A stretch of 64,000 nt of DNA from Antedon mediterranea (lineage: Eukaryota; Animalia; Echinodermata): NCBI RefSeq assembly GCF_964355755.1, contig NC_092678.1, forward strand, positions 13,204,352 through 13,268,351. The letters are read 5' to 3'. Every line of letters begins with the position of its first letter. The stretch's first letter is position 1. The notes under the pieces were generated by a model. It worked only from the letters and a program-made list of their open reading frames with translations, made no database searches and was not told the origin of the DNA. Below are positions 1 through 13,800 of this stretch, in pieces. The position numbers and the translations under genes were made by a program.

Positions 1-3000
1 GCTGCATGAATATATGCGTTCAAATGAACCTACCTTAGAATTAGTGAACTACCTCACGGAACAAGGTGCATCCGTATCAGCACTAAATAAGGTAATATGG
101 GCTAGAGATAATTTATATGATTACACCTAACGTACGTATGATCTGGGCCGGAAACAGATCTTATCCACTTTATTTTATTTATTTTGATTGAGTTATTTAT
201 ACTTACTTGCTGCAATAAATATTTAGTAGTAATTAAAAAAGATCCTACAGTTATTGTGATATTGGTATATTGTTCAATGAAATTATTAATTTACCTATGT
301 TTTATGTGGACATGTCATTATAAAATGGTTGAATTTAGGATCATGACTGAAAGCAATATATAAACTACACGGGCGGTTATGATTTCTTTTATCACTAAAA
401 CTGCAAAATAATGGGAATGCACATACAATTTATATAATTAATTCGGTCTACGTTCACAAAATATGCACCAGCAAAACCTTTTATTTTAACTTCTTTGTGT
501 ATTATTTATCATTACTTTAGTATAATTATTTGCTGCAATACACTGTATGTATAAACTTCGTGATAATAATTTGTTCTCTATAGGACGGAAACAGCCCGTT
601 GCATGAATACATGCGTTCAAATGAACCTGCCTTAGATGTAGTAAACTATCTCACGAAGCAAGGTGCATCAATAACAGCACTAAATAAGGTAATATAGGGC
701 TACAGATAATTTATATGACTAGATGGTATGCTCGCTTCGCTCGCGTACCATCTAGGTCGTGCCCACAGATGGTTCTCGAATACATAATAATTTCAGCGTT
801 AAAAAACTGGCGATTTCAAATGTACGTACCGCAGGACAATAATACATGTCGTTTACAGGAACGAATAAATAGACACTGTGATTTATGTACTGAACTAAAA
901 TTAGCACCCTGGGAATTACTTCCGAAAGAAAAACTTGTCACAAAATGAGTCAAATTTAAACAAACTTAATTTGTGTTTTGTATGTAACATTAGGGTTGAG
1001 GGATGGGAAAGAGGATGGGTGCAAAGAGGAACAGTTGTTAAATATATTCTTTATCCATGTAGTAACGAAATATTAATTGTTTTCATGTTTTACAAATAAT
1101 ATACCACTAAACACAGTAAAACATTGCGATGTAATACTTTGTTGAAACTATCACCGTCCTAGTCGATTGAAATAGTATAGTACATATAACGATACATCAC
1201 TACGACGTTTATAATATGTTTATATAATGTATAACAATTTGTGAAAACCACCCCTATTCGTGGCAAATCATAAATTCGACTTAATCGTCAATAAATATTA
1301 AATTATCTAACTCAACTTAATTAGTAGGCCTAATGGTTTTCAATTGTTTCTTAGAGCCAATTCATACTTAAGTTGGTTCCTAACCCTACCCACCAAAGTT
1401 GTTCTGCGTTTAGGGCATGTGATGCACCGTAGGCCTATCTTCTACTGGCTTTACAACGCTACTCATGCCAGTGGGGGAAGGGTGATGATGTCACGTGGGT
1501 GGTTTAACTGCAATAATAAAGATTTGTACATAATATACGGCGACTGAAAACGCTAGCTCATTATCCGTTAAAGAAAATCTATATCCAACCTCTGCAGCAC
1601 AGATTGAAAAAAAAATGGATCGAATTTCTGTTATGAGTATACAGTACTTGCCTTTACGACGCCTGAGGGATAGATTGGAATGTTCCATTCATTTCAAATC
1701 AATACATTGGCATAAACGTATATTAAATCTATCAAAATAGTATTTTTTTAAGAAAATCGGCCTGTCTTCAACATTATGATACTGTACTCGAGCTGTTCAA
1801 CCGATTTTCAGCTATTAAAAACAATTATCGTAGGAGGAGATAGCAAAATGCGAAGCCTCCTCGCATTTTTGTGGCGGGTATTTTTCAAGATGGACATCCA
1901 TTAGACAGTGTATACCATGATCGGAAAACACCCCTATTTGAGGCAAATCGTTGAACCTAAATTCGTTTTAATCGTCAATAACTAATTATCTAACTTAATT
2001 TAATTAGTAAACAGTGTTACATCAGGTGGTTAAAATCAGTACCGAAAGTACGAACCAACTTTATATACCATCGAGTAAAAATTCTAAAAGTAAGGCGCGA
2101 TTTACCGAATTTTGCCCTTACGTAAATTTATATATAGATTACACCTATAACGTACGTATGATCTGCAACGCACAAACATCTTATCCACTTTATTTTATAT
2201 CATATTACAATTGATTGAGTTATTTAGAATTACATACTGCAATAATTATTTAGTAGTAATTAAACAATAGTATACAGTAAAGCTTGGTTCCCACTAGAAC
2301 GTAACGCAAGGACGTAAACGCAACGCAAGCGTTTTAACCAATGATAAGCGAAGTTATAGACAGTTAGCATTCACAAGCGAATAAGCCATCGCTTGTGATG
2401 GCTTATTCGCTTGTGAATGGTCAATTCACTTGCGTTGCGTTACGTCCTTGCGTTGCGTCGCTAGTGGGAACCACGCTTTATTGTGAAATTGGTATATTTT
2501 GCAATGAAAGTATTAATTGAACTATGTTTTATGTGGACATGATTGAATTTAGAATCATGACTGAAAGCAATGTTCACGTTAACCTGTATGTAAACTACAC
2601 AATTTTTTTTTTTTTATCAGTTGCTATTGCTAAATAGTAAACAATTGATTCAATTCCGTCTACGTTCACAGCATATGCACCAGCAAAACCTTTATTTCAA
2701 CTTCTTTGTGTATTCTTTATCTATAACTATAATTATTTGTTTCAATAACATTTAAGTATACATTGATTGAGTTATTTAAAATTACTTGCTGCAATAATTA
2801 TTTAGTAAATTAAACAATATTATACGGCTTTACCACGTTGAAACACCGGTTCTCGTCAGATCACCGAAGTTAAGCGACGTTGGGCCTGTTTAGTGCTTGG
2901 ATGGGATACAATCTGGGAATATCGGGTGCTGTATATTTAGCTGGGGCCCATCAAGCATTTAAAATCAGCATTGCTGACAATTATGGCAGCCGCTGAATCT

Positions 3001-6000
3001 AGTATTTGCCTTTCTTCTGGTGAAGGTGGCCACAGGACGAGAGAAGCCCTTGATCAATGTTAGGCCCCATCAAAGTGCTTTAAACAGTCCTGGCTTTGTT
3101 AGTATCAAACATGTTAGTGGCGGTAATTATCGGTGTTGGTTTCGATTGAATAAAATGAAATAAAAATAAAATAAAAATACAGTTATTGTGAAGTTGGTAT
3201 ATTTTGCAATGAAATTATTAATTTACCTACGTTTTCTGTGGACATGTCATTAAAAAAGGGTTGAATTTAGAAGCATGACTGAAAGCAATGTTTACATTAA
3301 CCTGTTGTATAAACTTAACCAATATGATTTTTTCCATTAATCATTGGAAACGAGAATCCACAGACAATCGATACAATTGAGTCTACGTTCACAGCATAAT
3401 ATGCACCAGCAAACCATTTTATTTAAAATTGTTGTTGATTATTTATCATTACTTAAATATAATTATTTGCTGCAATGATATGTTTGTTGTATAAACATCT
3501 TGATTATACATTTTTTTTATAGGACGGAAACAACCTACTGCATGAATACATGCGTTCTAATAAACCTACCTTAAAAATAGTGAAATATCTCACGATGGAA
3601 GGTGCAACAGTAACAGCACCAAATAAGGTAACTTATAAGCAAATTGTCTTTTTCAAAAGGTAATCGAGAAGAACTGAAACGTGTTCAGAAAGAGAACTGA
3701 AGCTTGTTATAAGTTAATACAAACGAAAAATTGAAAATAATGTTGTCAGTAATGACATGAAAAAGGTTTGGACAGGAATGTGGATAAAAATTGGTTATAA
3801 AGGATCGAATATGAAGAATAAAAACTATACATTTGATAACATCAATAGGTTATGCAAATGAATTAAATAGATTTGGCAATATTGATTTAAAAAAAAAACA
3901 AGATTAGCTATTAGTTAGCTCGTAGGATTTTGATATTGAATTTGACCTATTCTAATAGGTCAACTTCATAATCAAATATTTCCTGTTCATTAGGTAAAAC
4001 TAATGAACAAGACGTCTTTGAATTATTCCGAAAGTTAAAACATTCCAAGGCACCAACCCTTGATAGTATACAATCCAAGGTACTTAAAGCATGTGGTTTT
4101 CAAATATCCTGGTGTATTTACAGTCATTTTTAATACAAGAACATTTTTTTTTTAATTGTGTTTCTTAACCAATTTTATATTTTAATACGTCCTTGTAAAA
4201 CAATCATTTCATCAGACTTTTTCTGGCTTTTGTAAATATTTTATATATTAGATTAAAAAAAATAAATATGATGGAAATAACACAGATCAATTAAAATATA
4301 TTGACTTTACTTCTTGTTAGATATCATCTTTTTAAATGACCATCACCTCTCTTAAGCGACCACTACCCCTTTATTTAATATAGTGACCACCACTTTTAAA
4401 GAACCACCACCTCTTGTAAGCGTCCATCACTTTTAAAGGATCACCACACGTAAGAAATATGGTTTCTTACGATATATGTGTCACATTATAGTTTAAAGGA
4501 CATTGGAAACCATAATCAATTTGCATTGTAACTTATGATTTAATTAGGATTTGCTTGTTAATTAAGATTGTTGATGCATGTTGTTTTTTTATATCGGGAG
4601 TCCTTATTGAAACAAGCTCTAGAGCTTATAGAGTTATCATCTTGCTCTCATCCTGCCATTTTATTATATGTTTTTGTAATACAGTATTGATATAAAACAA
4701 ACAGACGTTCTGTCATTCTTTATAATTGTATGAGTAAAAAGTATGAGTATTCCTGTATCTGAAGTGTTTTGTAAACACAATATGTCTTATAATATTCATA
4801 TTGCATCAGCCACAAAACAACAACAATCAATCATGTTATCAGTTGTGTCTAACAAAAAGAATAAGAATCCTAATTATCCTTATTATTAAAACTTCATCAG
4901 TTTGGCATTAATGGTACTTTATTCTCATGGTTTAAACGTTATCTTGGCGGTAGGTTGCAGATATTAGTAATTGATGGTGCCACATCCAATTCTCTCCCAG
5001 TCATCTCAGGCGTGCCTCAAGGTTCCATTCTTGCCTCCCTGCTGTTCAATATATTTGTAAATGAAATACCAAATCTCTTTCAAAATTCCTACTGTCTTAT
5101 TTTCGCTGACGACCTCAAGATTTACAAAATTATTACCACCACTGAGGACTCCGTTGCACTTCAGGCAGATCTGGAAAGACTCGGTACGTGGGTTTCCGAC
5201 TGGAAAATGTCCCTGAAGTCCGAGAAATGCAAAGTCCTGTCTTGCTCTCTTAAGAAAAACCTATTAGTTTCGCTTGCTCTGTTCAAGAAGAAGTCATTGG
5301 AAGTGTAAACTCTTATCGGGACCTCGGCATTTTCATCGACCGTAAACTGACATTTATTTCACACGTTGATCATGTTGTCAGAAAGGCCAAAAGGCTGCTT
5401 GGGCTGATGTGGCGCAATTGCAAACATTTCTCTCCATACACCAAACGTGCACTTTATCTTTATCTTTCCCTCATCCAACCATCTTTTAATTTCTGTTCAA
5501 TTATTTACAACTCACTCTCTGTTTCTCAAGCCTCCAGAATAGATCGGACCCATAACAAGTGTTTGCGCTTTGTCGGCCCAGGAGCCAACCTGCCTCCTAT
5601 TGTTTCCCCGACATCTAGGAGAGCAAGACAGGATTTGCAATTCCTGTATAAATTTCTTACTTCTAAGTTTGATTGTAATCTTGTTTCGTTTTTAGTCGGG
5701 TGAAAGCGACTCTATAGTTCACTATGTCGGTCGGTCGGTCTGTCGGTCGGTCGGTCTGTCGGTCTGTCTGTCGGTCCGGTATCACTATGCGTTTTATCGC
5801 TTTCTGACCTTATCTTGATATGAGTTTAATCTAGCTAAGTCAATTTTTTACAGTATATTCCTTATGGCCAGGAATCGATGTGGTTAGGTTTTCATGGTGC
5901 GCAATAAAAAATTACGTGGTCTACGCACGATATAACTAGGGAAGAGTTAAATTAATTTAACTCTTCCCTGATATAACGAAATTATGTTTTATTTGTAATC

Positions 6001-9000
6001 ATATCTTCACAACCATGAATCACAATTAAATAGAATTTGGTACTAATAAATTTCAGGGCATAAATCATCATATGGCAATACAAATACGTGCGTAGCGCAT
6101 GTAACGCATGCGTACGCGCGCTTAAAATTTTCAAAATTTATTTTCGATGAAATAAGAGTAGGTTTCAGGCAATTTTAAGCGTTTACAAAATTGCCATGAG
6201 TCACAAAGCCACACAGTTACGCGCGCACGCGCATTTAAAATTTTAAAATGCGCAAAATTCATTTTTAATCAACTTTCTACGCGTTTCTTGTCATTTTGAG
6301 CATGTCAAAAATTCCCATACGCGCGCAAATTTGTACACGCGTGATGCGCACGTAGCGTTAAATACATACTTTTTTCGCGTGATTTATGTTTTTGCAGCCT
6401 TTTCTAATAATTTTACCATCTTTTAAACTATTTCGACTTAAAATTACGTCATACGATCACGTCAAATTGGATAATTTGCGCACGTTTTTGATGAAAAAGT
6501 TAAAAAATTCGTCAAAATTATGCCTTTTTAGTCGCATGGACGCGACTATAGTTCACTATGTCGGTCGGTCTGTCGGTCTGTCTGTCGGTCTGTCTGTCGG
6601 TCCGGTATCATTATGCATTGTAGCACGCGACTTAATGGCTGTTGGCATTGTTTTATTTTAATGTTCCTTCGTAATCTTCGAAGTAAACCCTTTTTTCATG
6701 TTAAATTTTCTCGTGTCAATGTTTGTAAATATGGTATTTTCTGTAGACTCTCGTCTTTATACAATTCATGTTTTAAAAAAAATTATTCTTTAGATATTTT
6801 TAACTGTAATTTCTCTCAATTTAAATGTATTATTAATGAAATTATTTAAATAATCTTATTTACATTTTTGTATATATTTATATTGGCTTATATTTATAGT
6901 TTAGTTATTTTATTTTCAACCTGTTGGTGTTTTACACTGTTGGCTTGAAATAAAGAATTAAATTTGAATTATATTTCATGTGTATGATTTATTCACAGAA
7001 TGGATACACACCGATAAATATTTATCTGGATCGTGGTGATGTTAAATTAGAGATATTGTACTGTCTGATAACCAATGGTGAATCACCCTCATTACCAAAA
7101 GAGGTAATTTGACAAAAATGTAAATTTCAATAGTATATAATAATAATAATAATAATAAATACTTTATTTTAATACGGAAAAGCTTGTGTCACCATAAAGG
7201 TGTTCTTCTACAAGGCCGTGATCAACTAACAGTAGTACATTACACATTTAAAAATAACAAATTTTAAAAATAACAAATTTTAAAAATAACAAATTAGAGA
7301 ACAAAAATATATGAACAGAAACCTTAATTACATTTGTGATAAGAGTACAAAATAAATAAATAAATCACACCAATAATTTTTTGAAAGTATTTAAATTTGT
7401 GGCATTTTGCATTGATTTTTTAAGAGTATTCCATAAACTAGCACCATGATATGAAAAACTTTTTTTTTTATATTCTGTTTTGGGTTTATTCAATTTTAAT
7501 ACATCCTTTGATCTTGTATTGTATGTGTCTAGTTTGGGTGTAAATAGTTCGTTTAGATATGGTGGTGCTTGATTATGGAATATTTTATATAACATTTTGG
7601 CTTCATTATTATGTAGTTGAGTATTAAGATTTATCCAGTTTAAGTTTTGCAGGGCTTGTGTACTTGAGTCGTATTTCCTTGTTTTTGTAATAATTTTGGC
7701 TGCTCTGTTTTGTAGCATTTGTAGTTTATTAGTATTTTTTTTATTTGATCTGCCCCACACAATATTACAATAGTTAAACTGTGGAGAGATAATACTATTA
7801 TACATTAAGCAAGATACATGTTTAGGGACGAGATTTGAAGATTTTTTTAAGTAGTACAAGCCTGGCAATACGTTACTTTTAACATTATCTATTTGTTTAT
7901 CCCACAGTAAATATTCATCAATAACAACACCTAGATGTTTACAGCTTTTTACTCTTTGTAGCCGAACATTGTCTATGTTTAAATTTAGATCAATGTTTGC
8001 TAATTTTGCAAGCCTTTGTTGTGTTCCTATAAACATACACTGAGTTTTATTTACATTTAGACTAAGCTTGTTACTTGCTAGCCATGATTTGATTTTTTTT
8101 TTAATCTTCATTAATTTTTGCAAGTACTTCATTTATATCAGAAGATGCAAAGTAAAGAGCTGTATCATCTGCATACATACTAATCTGTACACTATTTACA
8201 TGCTTTGGTAGATCATTTACATAAAGTATAAATAAGAGTGGTCCCAAAATTGATCCTTGGGGGATTCCACAATTACTATAGCATTTATCTGATCGGACAC
8301 CATTTACTTGTGAGATAGTCTTTAAACCAATTTATAATAGAGACATCTAAGTTAAATGATTTAAGCTTGTCTATAAGTATGGTATGGTCTACCGTGTCGA
8401 AAGCTTTTTTCAGATCAAGCATGACTAAACCTATATACTTCCCACAATCAATATCATTTATCCAATCTTCTGTAATGTTTAATAATGAAGATACAGTAGA
8501 GAAATTAGGATGAAATCCTGATTGGTAAGCATAAATCATATTTTTTGAGTTAATAAATTGATAGACCTGATCAAATACAACCCTCTCGATAATTTTAGAA
8601 AGAATCGGTAAAATTGATATGGGTCTGTAGTTGCTAGCTTCAGTCCTATCTCCCCCCTTAAACAACTGGGCATATTTTGGCACATTTCCATCTTTTTGGA
8701 AAAGTAATGGTTGAGAGTGAGAGATTTACCAAATAAGTGAGAGGTCCAACGATTTGATCAATAACCAACTTCAGCATTTTAGCTGGAAGCTCATCTAAGG
8801 CTGTCGCTTTACTAACATCGAGTGAGTTTAATTGTTTATAAATATATCATACTGGTAATAGTATGCTTAATGATAATTATTATGTTTTGCTTCGTTTTTT
8901 ACTTCCAAACGTAAGAAGGTATTATACTACTGTATATGTTAATTATTATTAACATGATGCAACTTCTCTTGGTATAAATAATACATTTTAGCGACTTTCG

Positions 9001-10830
9001 ATTAATTTGATTTAAAAATATTTATTTATTAAAAATATAACATTTTTTATTTTTTTAGGAAGGAAGCAATGCTCTACATATACATCTAAGTGGTAGATAT
9101 GTTAAACCTACGTTAGAAATAGTGACTAATCTCATTAAACTTGGTGTATCTCCAACATTACAGAATAAGGTAAAGTACATAAGAGTGGTCATATATTCCC
9201 GTGATCTAACATTGTATAATTATCGGGTGGGACTCAAACACACCCCAGATCACTTGTGTTGTGTTCATAACTCTATACCTGCATCAGAGTGGTTACAGCA
9301 AGCAAATACAGTTGGACACCTCTAACGTTCGTAGTACCGAGATTAAATCTCTAAATATAAAATGAAAATATATATTTCTTTAATTATCCGCATCGTTTAT
9401 TTAATTTAATTTTTTATTGTATAAAATAAGTACGTATGATTTATAATGAACTTGAGAGAAAAGTGCCATACGTAAGTAAAGTAGTAAAGTCGAAACCTAA
9501 TGCTAACGGCCTTGGTGCCCATCTATATTTCCTTAGCGTTTTGGCCAGGCTTATCGGGCTTATCACATCTTTATTACGTTTTACTGAGGCAAGAAAGGCG
9601 TATCATTATTTTGGTCACGTGAACGATATAAACACGTCGCACGCGGAGCTACAAATTAGAATTCAGGGAGATGTCCTATCAATCATCATTCAATATTACT
9701 GCGAAATTATGTTTGTTTTTCTGCCTTTGACCCCATTTAAACATTTAACTTGTTGGTGTGATGTTAATTACAACAATGTCATCCAAATAAGCAATAAGGA
9801 TACGAATGAATTATGACTGGAAGAACACGCCGCGGAATTTTCTAAACTTTTCTATTCCAGTACGAATACTACTTTTAATTACAACCTAACTATCTCATAT
9901 TGCATCATGCATAACACTCAACATCTCCTTACCACAATACTAATTTTTCGAATAGATTCCAATATATTCATGGAATGAGCTACTGTTATTTTTTAAGTTT
10001 AATAATAAACTTCGTCATAATATTTTTTTTTCTCTATATAGGACGGAAACACCCCGCTGCATGAATACATGCGTTCAACAAATAAACCTACCTTAGAAGT
10101 GGTAAACTATCTCAGGAAACAAGGTGCTTCAATAACAGCACAAAATAAGGTAATAGAATTAAGCTTGGTTCCCACTAGAACGTAACGCAAGGACGTAAAC
10201 GCAACGCAAGCGTTTTAATCAATGACAAGCGAAGTTATAGACAGTTAGCAATCACAAGCGAATAAGCCATCGCTTGTGATTCACTTGTGTTGCGTTACGT
10301 CCTTGCGTTGGGTCGCTAGTGGGAACCACGCTTTACACCTATAACGTACGTATGATCTGCACCGCAAATATATCTTATCCACTTTATTTCGTATCATATT
10401 ACAATTGATTGAGTTATTTAGAATTACTTGCTGCAATACTATCTATATTATCTTATTTTAGGAACAAATGTAAGTAAATTTACCAATTCGATGTTTACCA
10501 CTTCGAGTGAACATTTTGAAAACATTCAAAACACATACATATGTGTCTTGGCTATACTAAAATAGCTTCCCAGTTGGCTACATCATAATCGGAGTCACCC
10601 TGGAACCATCAACTTCAACCAATATGTTCTAACCAAATTTAAAAGAACCGTACAAATACACATTTGACGCGTATGCTTATAATGTTGGCTGAAATTGTTT
10701 AGTACGCGAATTACCTAGATAGTTGATATACTTTTATGTTTATAGGAAGGAAAAACAGCAGTATCTGTTTTAGAAGAAAATGCGCAGATAGAACAAACAG
10801 AAAAAAACATGATTTTAGAATATTTTGACA
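1..10830 (+). CDS. Ankyrin-repeat exons of the Roco gene (6 repeats plus a capping exon)
   Basis: Exons of 105-111 bp translate e.g. DGNSPLHEYMRSNEPALDVVNYLTKQGASITALNK, DGNTPLHEYMRSTNKPTLEVVNYLRKQGASITAQNK and NGYTPINIYLDRGDVKLEILYCLITNGESPSLPKE. These fit the G-x-TPLH...(I/V)V.YL...GA ankyrin consensus. Confidence 0.92.
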
Positions 10831-13800
10831 GTAAGTTAAAAATACCATATCAAACTAAATTAAAGTATATTTAAATTTAAAGTTTTACATACAACCATGA
10901 ATTTGTAAACCTAAATGATACATGTATGTTATGCGTATTTTTAATTATTTATAATTAGAACAGCTAGTTCCTCCAGAAATATTTGCCATGGGTAAAGAGG
11001 CTATTAAGATATATAAAGATGAATTGAAAGATGGTAAAATTGCAGTTGTGAATTCAAGATGTATGTTTCTTGGAAAGGAAGGTGCTGGCAAGACAAGCTG
11101 CGTAAAGTCCATGCTTAGAGAGAGGTAAACAAAATACAAATTACACAAATTAACATAATATTAGGCTAATATTTTTAATCAATTATTTCAATGTAAATAT
11201 ATACGTGTATTATGTTTACTAATGGTTATAATATACAGATTTTTTTGATTTTTTTTTAATTGTGTATTTGTATCAACTATAATTTAAATTCGTGTTGGAT
11301 GTAATGGATAAAAGTATTTTGTTTTAACGTCAACGTACATGTTTACAATAGATTCAACCCCAATGAACCATCGACGGATGGTATAGTTACAGCCACCGTG
11401 TTTAAAGCAACTGGAGAGAGTAAATGGAAGAAGATTAAACAGGAAAACGGTAAAGATAATGTGATTACTCAAACTCTAAATGTTTGTCTTACGTTATCAT
11501 CATTATTTATATTTCTTTAAAATTGATAACATCTGTATCTGGAATTTTGGAATTGTTTAAAAGACATCACACGGTAATAGGCATACAGGTTAAAATTAAT
11601 TCCTTTCTCATAAACTCCTAACAATAACTTTTTATGCGATACCGTATTAATTCTTTGCCAATTTGTTTATTTGTACAGATACTGAGCTAACCAAGAAAAT
11701 TCGTAAAAATGCATTAGTGAAGAGAGTTGACAACGAGTTAAAACAGGGTATGTACAAAAAAAATAATTGAACCTTGTTTAGCACTTGAATGTATCATTCA
11801 CCTTTCGTTTATAAATGATGATAAACGAGACTGTAGATTCGATATTGTGGAAGAAAACAATACCCTAGACGATAGTATAAAAATGCTGAAATTCAACAGT
11901 TTTATTTATGATCGCCATGAGATAAAAAAATTACATGATTAATATCAATTTAAAATATTAAAAACATTAAACATTAGACATTAAAAAGTTACAAATGAAA
12001 AGTACTGGCAATAGTAAATCATAGGATAGGATTTAAATAAAAAATGACATAATATAAAGAGGGTAAAATAGACTTACACTGATGATGGGTAATGCTTCTC
12101 GAAACATGTATGTAGGTCTACAACCATTCGTAACATCAGATTGAAACCTTCTTAAAAGAATTGTTTTATTTTAATTTTAATATCTCCAACTCTTAGCAGT
12201 TATAATTATTGTATCACTCGAATATATGATTTAATTATTTTTACAGCAATATGTTCTCTCGATTTCGTTTTGTCGACATTATATTTTTATCACAACATCA
12301 TTTCGTTTCCTAAAAATGTTATTTTCGTGACCTTGAAAAAAATAATTATTTGTAATATAAGTTTGAAATATAATACCTCCCTCGAATAATTTCTTTTTCT
12401 TTAATTAACATTTGAAAAAAAAACAAACATCCGTGAAAACCACGGACAGCAGATTAAATTATTTGTGTGTGTTTTTTTTTTAATCTTGTAATAGAAAGCA
12501 ATGAAAACCGAAGCTCCTTGAAAAAAATTAAAGATTTTGTAAGAAGTAAAATAGGAAAAGATGATTCAGAGAGCATTCCAAATGAAATAACTAGCATATG
12601 GGACTACGCTGGTCAATTGGACTACTTCATAACACACAGGGTATGCTTATCAATATGTCAATTATTAAAATAAGTAGCATACTAACGTGTGTAAACAGGA
12701 TGTACATTGCATTTGACATTATCCTTAACATCAGATAGGCGTAATGTCGATATTACTGTTACCAAAATTGTATATCCATACCAACCTATTTTCTGCCGTA
12801 ACGTGACCATTCCATTCAATATGATTAATAATTCTTCATTATTATACTATAACGTGGCCAACACAAGCTTAATGACAAACACATGTAAATGTTATGAAAT
12901 CTTTGACTATGTAAAAATGCTATTATATACATATTAGGTTACGCAAATATTGCTGTAAATATTTTTCAAAACGTAGTTTGCTTTGTCTTAACTGCAATGA
13001 AACGATTATAATATGTACCATTTTAACATTAATCAGTTTACATATACTCGTCTCAGAATACAATATTTCCGATAGCATTGCGTCGACAAATGATATGATA
13101 TAGTCAAATATACATATAAATTCAACGCCAAAAATATGCGAAAGATGTTCAGAAGGAACTTTAAAGCAGAAAATAATGAAAATTCTCGTATTCATAATTA
13201 TTACATTTCAGATATATTCTAATTGTCGTTTTGGCGATTGAAGCATTCTCCGTCATAATCGATCCCCATAGTTGCCAAAAATATCATAGACCACCATGCA
13301 CCTACCATAAACAAGATCTTAGTAACAAGGCCATATACATGGCTGCAGTCGCGTGTTCAAGTTAGTGTTTACCGACCAACCGACATATACCCCTTTTACA
13401 CCACCGAGCTTATAACAAACCCGTGTTGTGTCTGCATAAATTTCCTTTTCACACCTGATTCATAAAACGGGGATGACACGGGTTGCGTGTATTTACTCTG
13501 CAAAATACCAACCCATGTAAATGTTCTAGATCCATCGAAATATCTCCCTCTCACGCATGAAGAGACGCCATAGTAACGGTTTGCTGATAATACCTCCCAC
13601 AATTTTGTTTTATGGCAATACACACACAAATTAAGTCTACTCGGGAAGAATAATATCTTGAAATAAAAATGAATAACAAATAACAATAACTTTTAATTAT
13701 TAAATAAGCGAATAAACAAAATCAATCTTATCCTAATTTTATTTAAATTAGATACTATAGTGGGCGAGGATAGTAAACAAACGAGTAAAGATACGCTGAG

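Noticed and set aside
2821-2935. Functional 5S rRNA gene
   Set aside because: Multiple substitutions, a solitary intronic copy, and continuation into a SINE-like body and tail.
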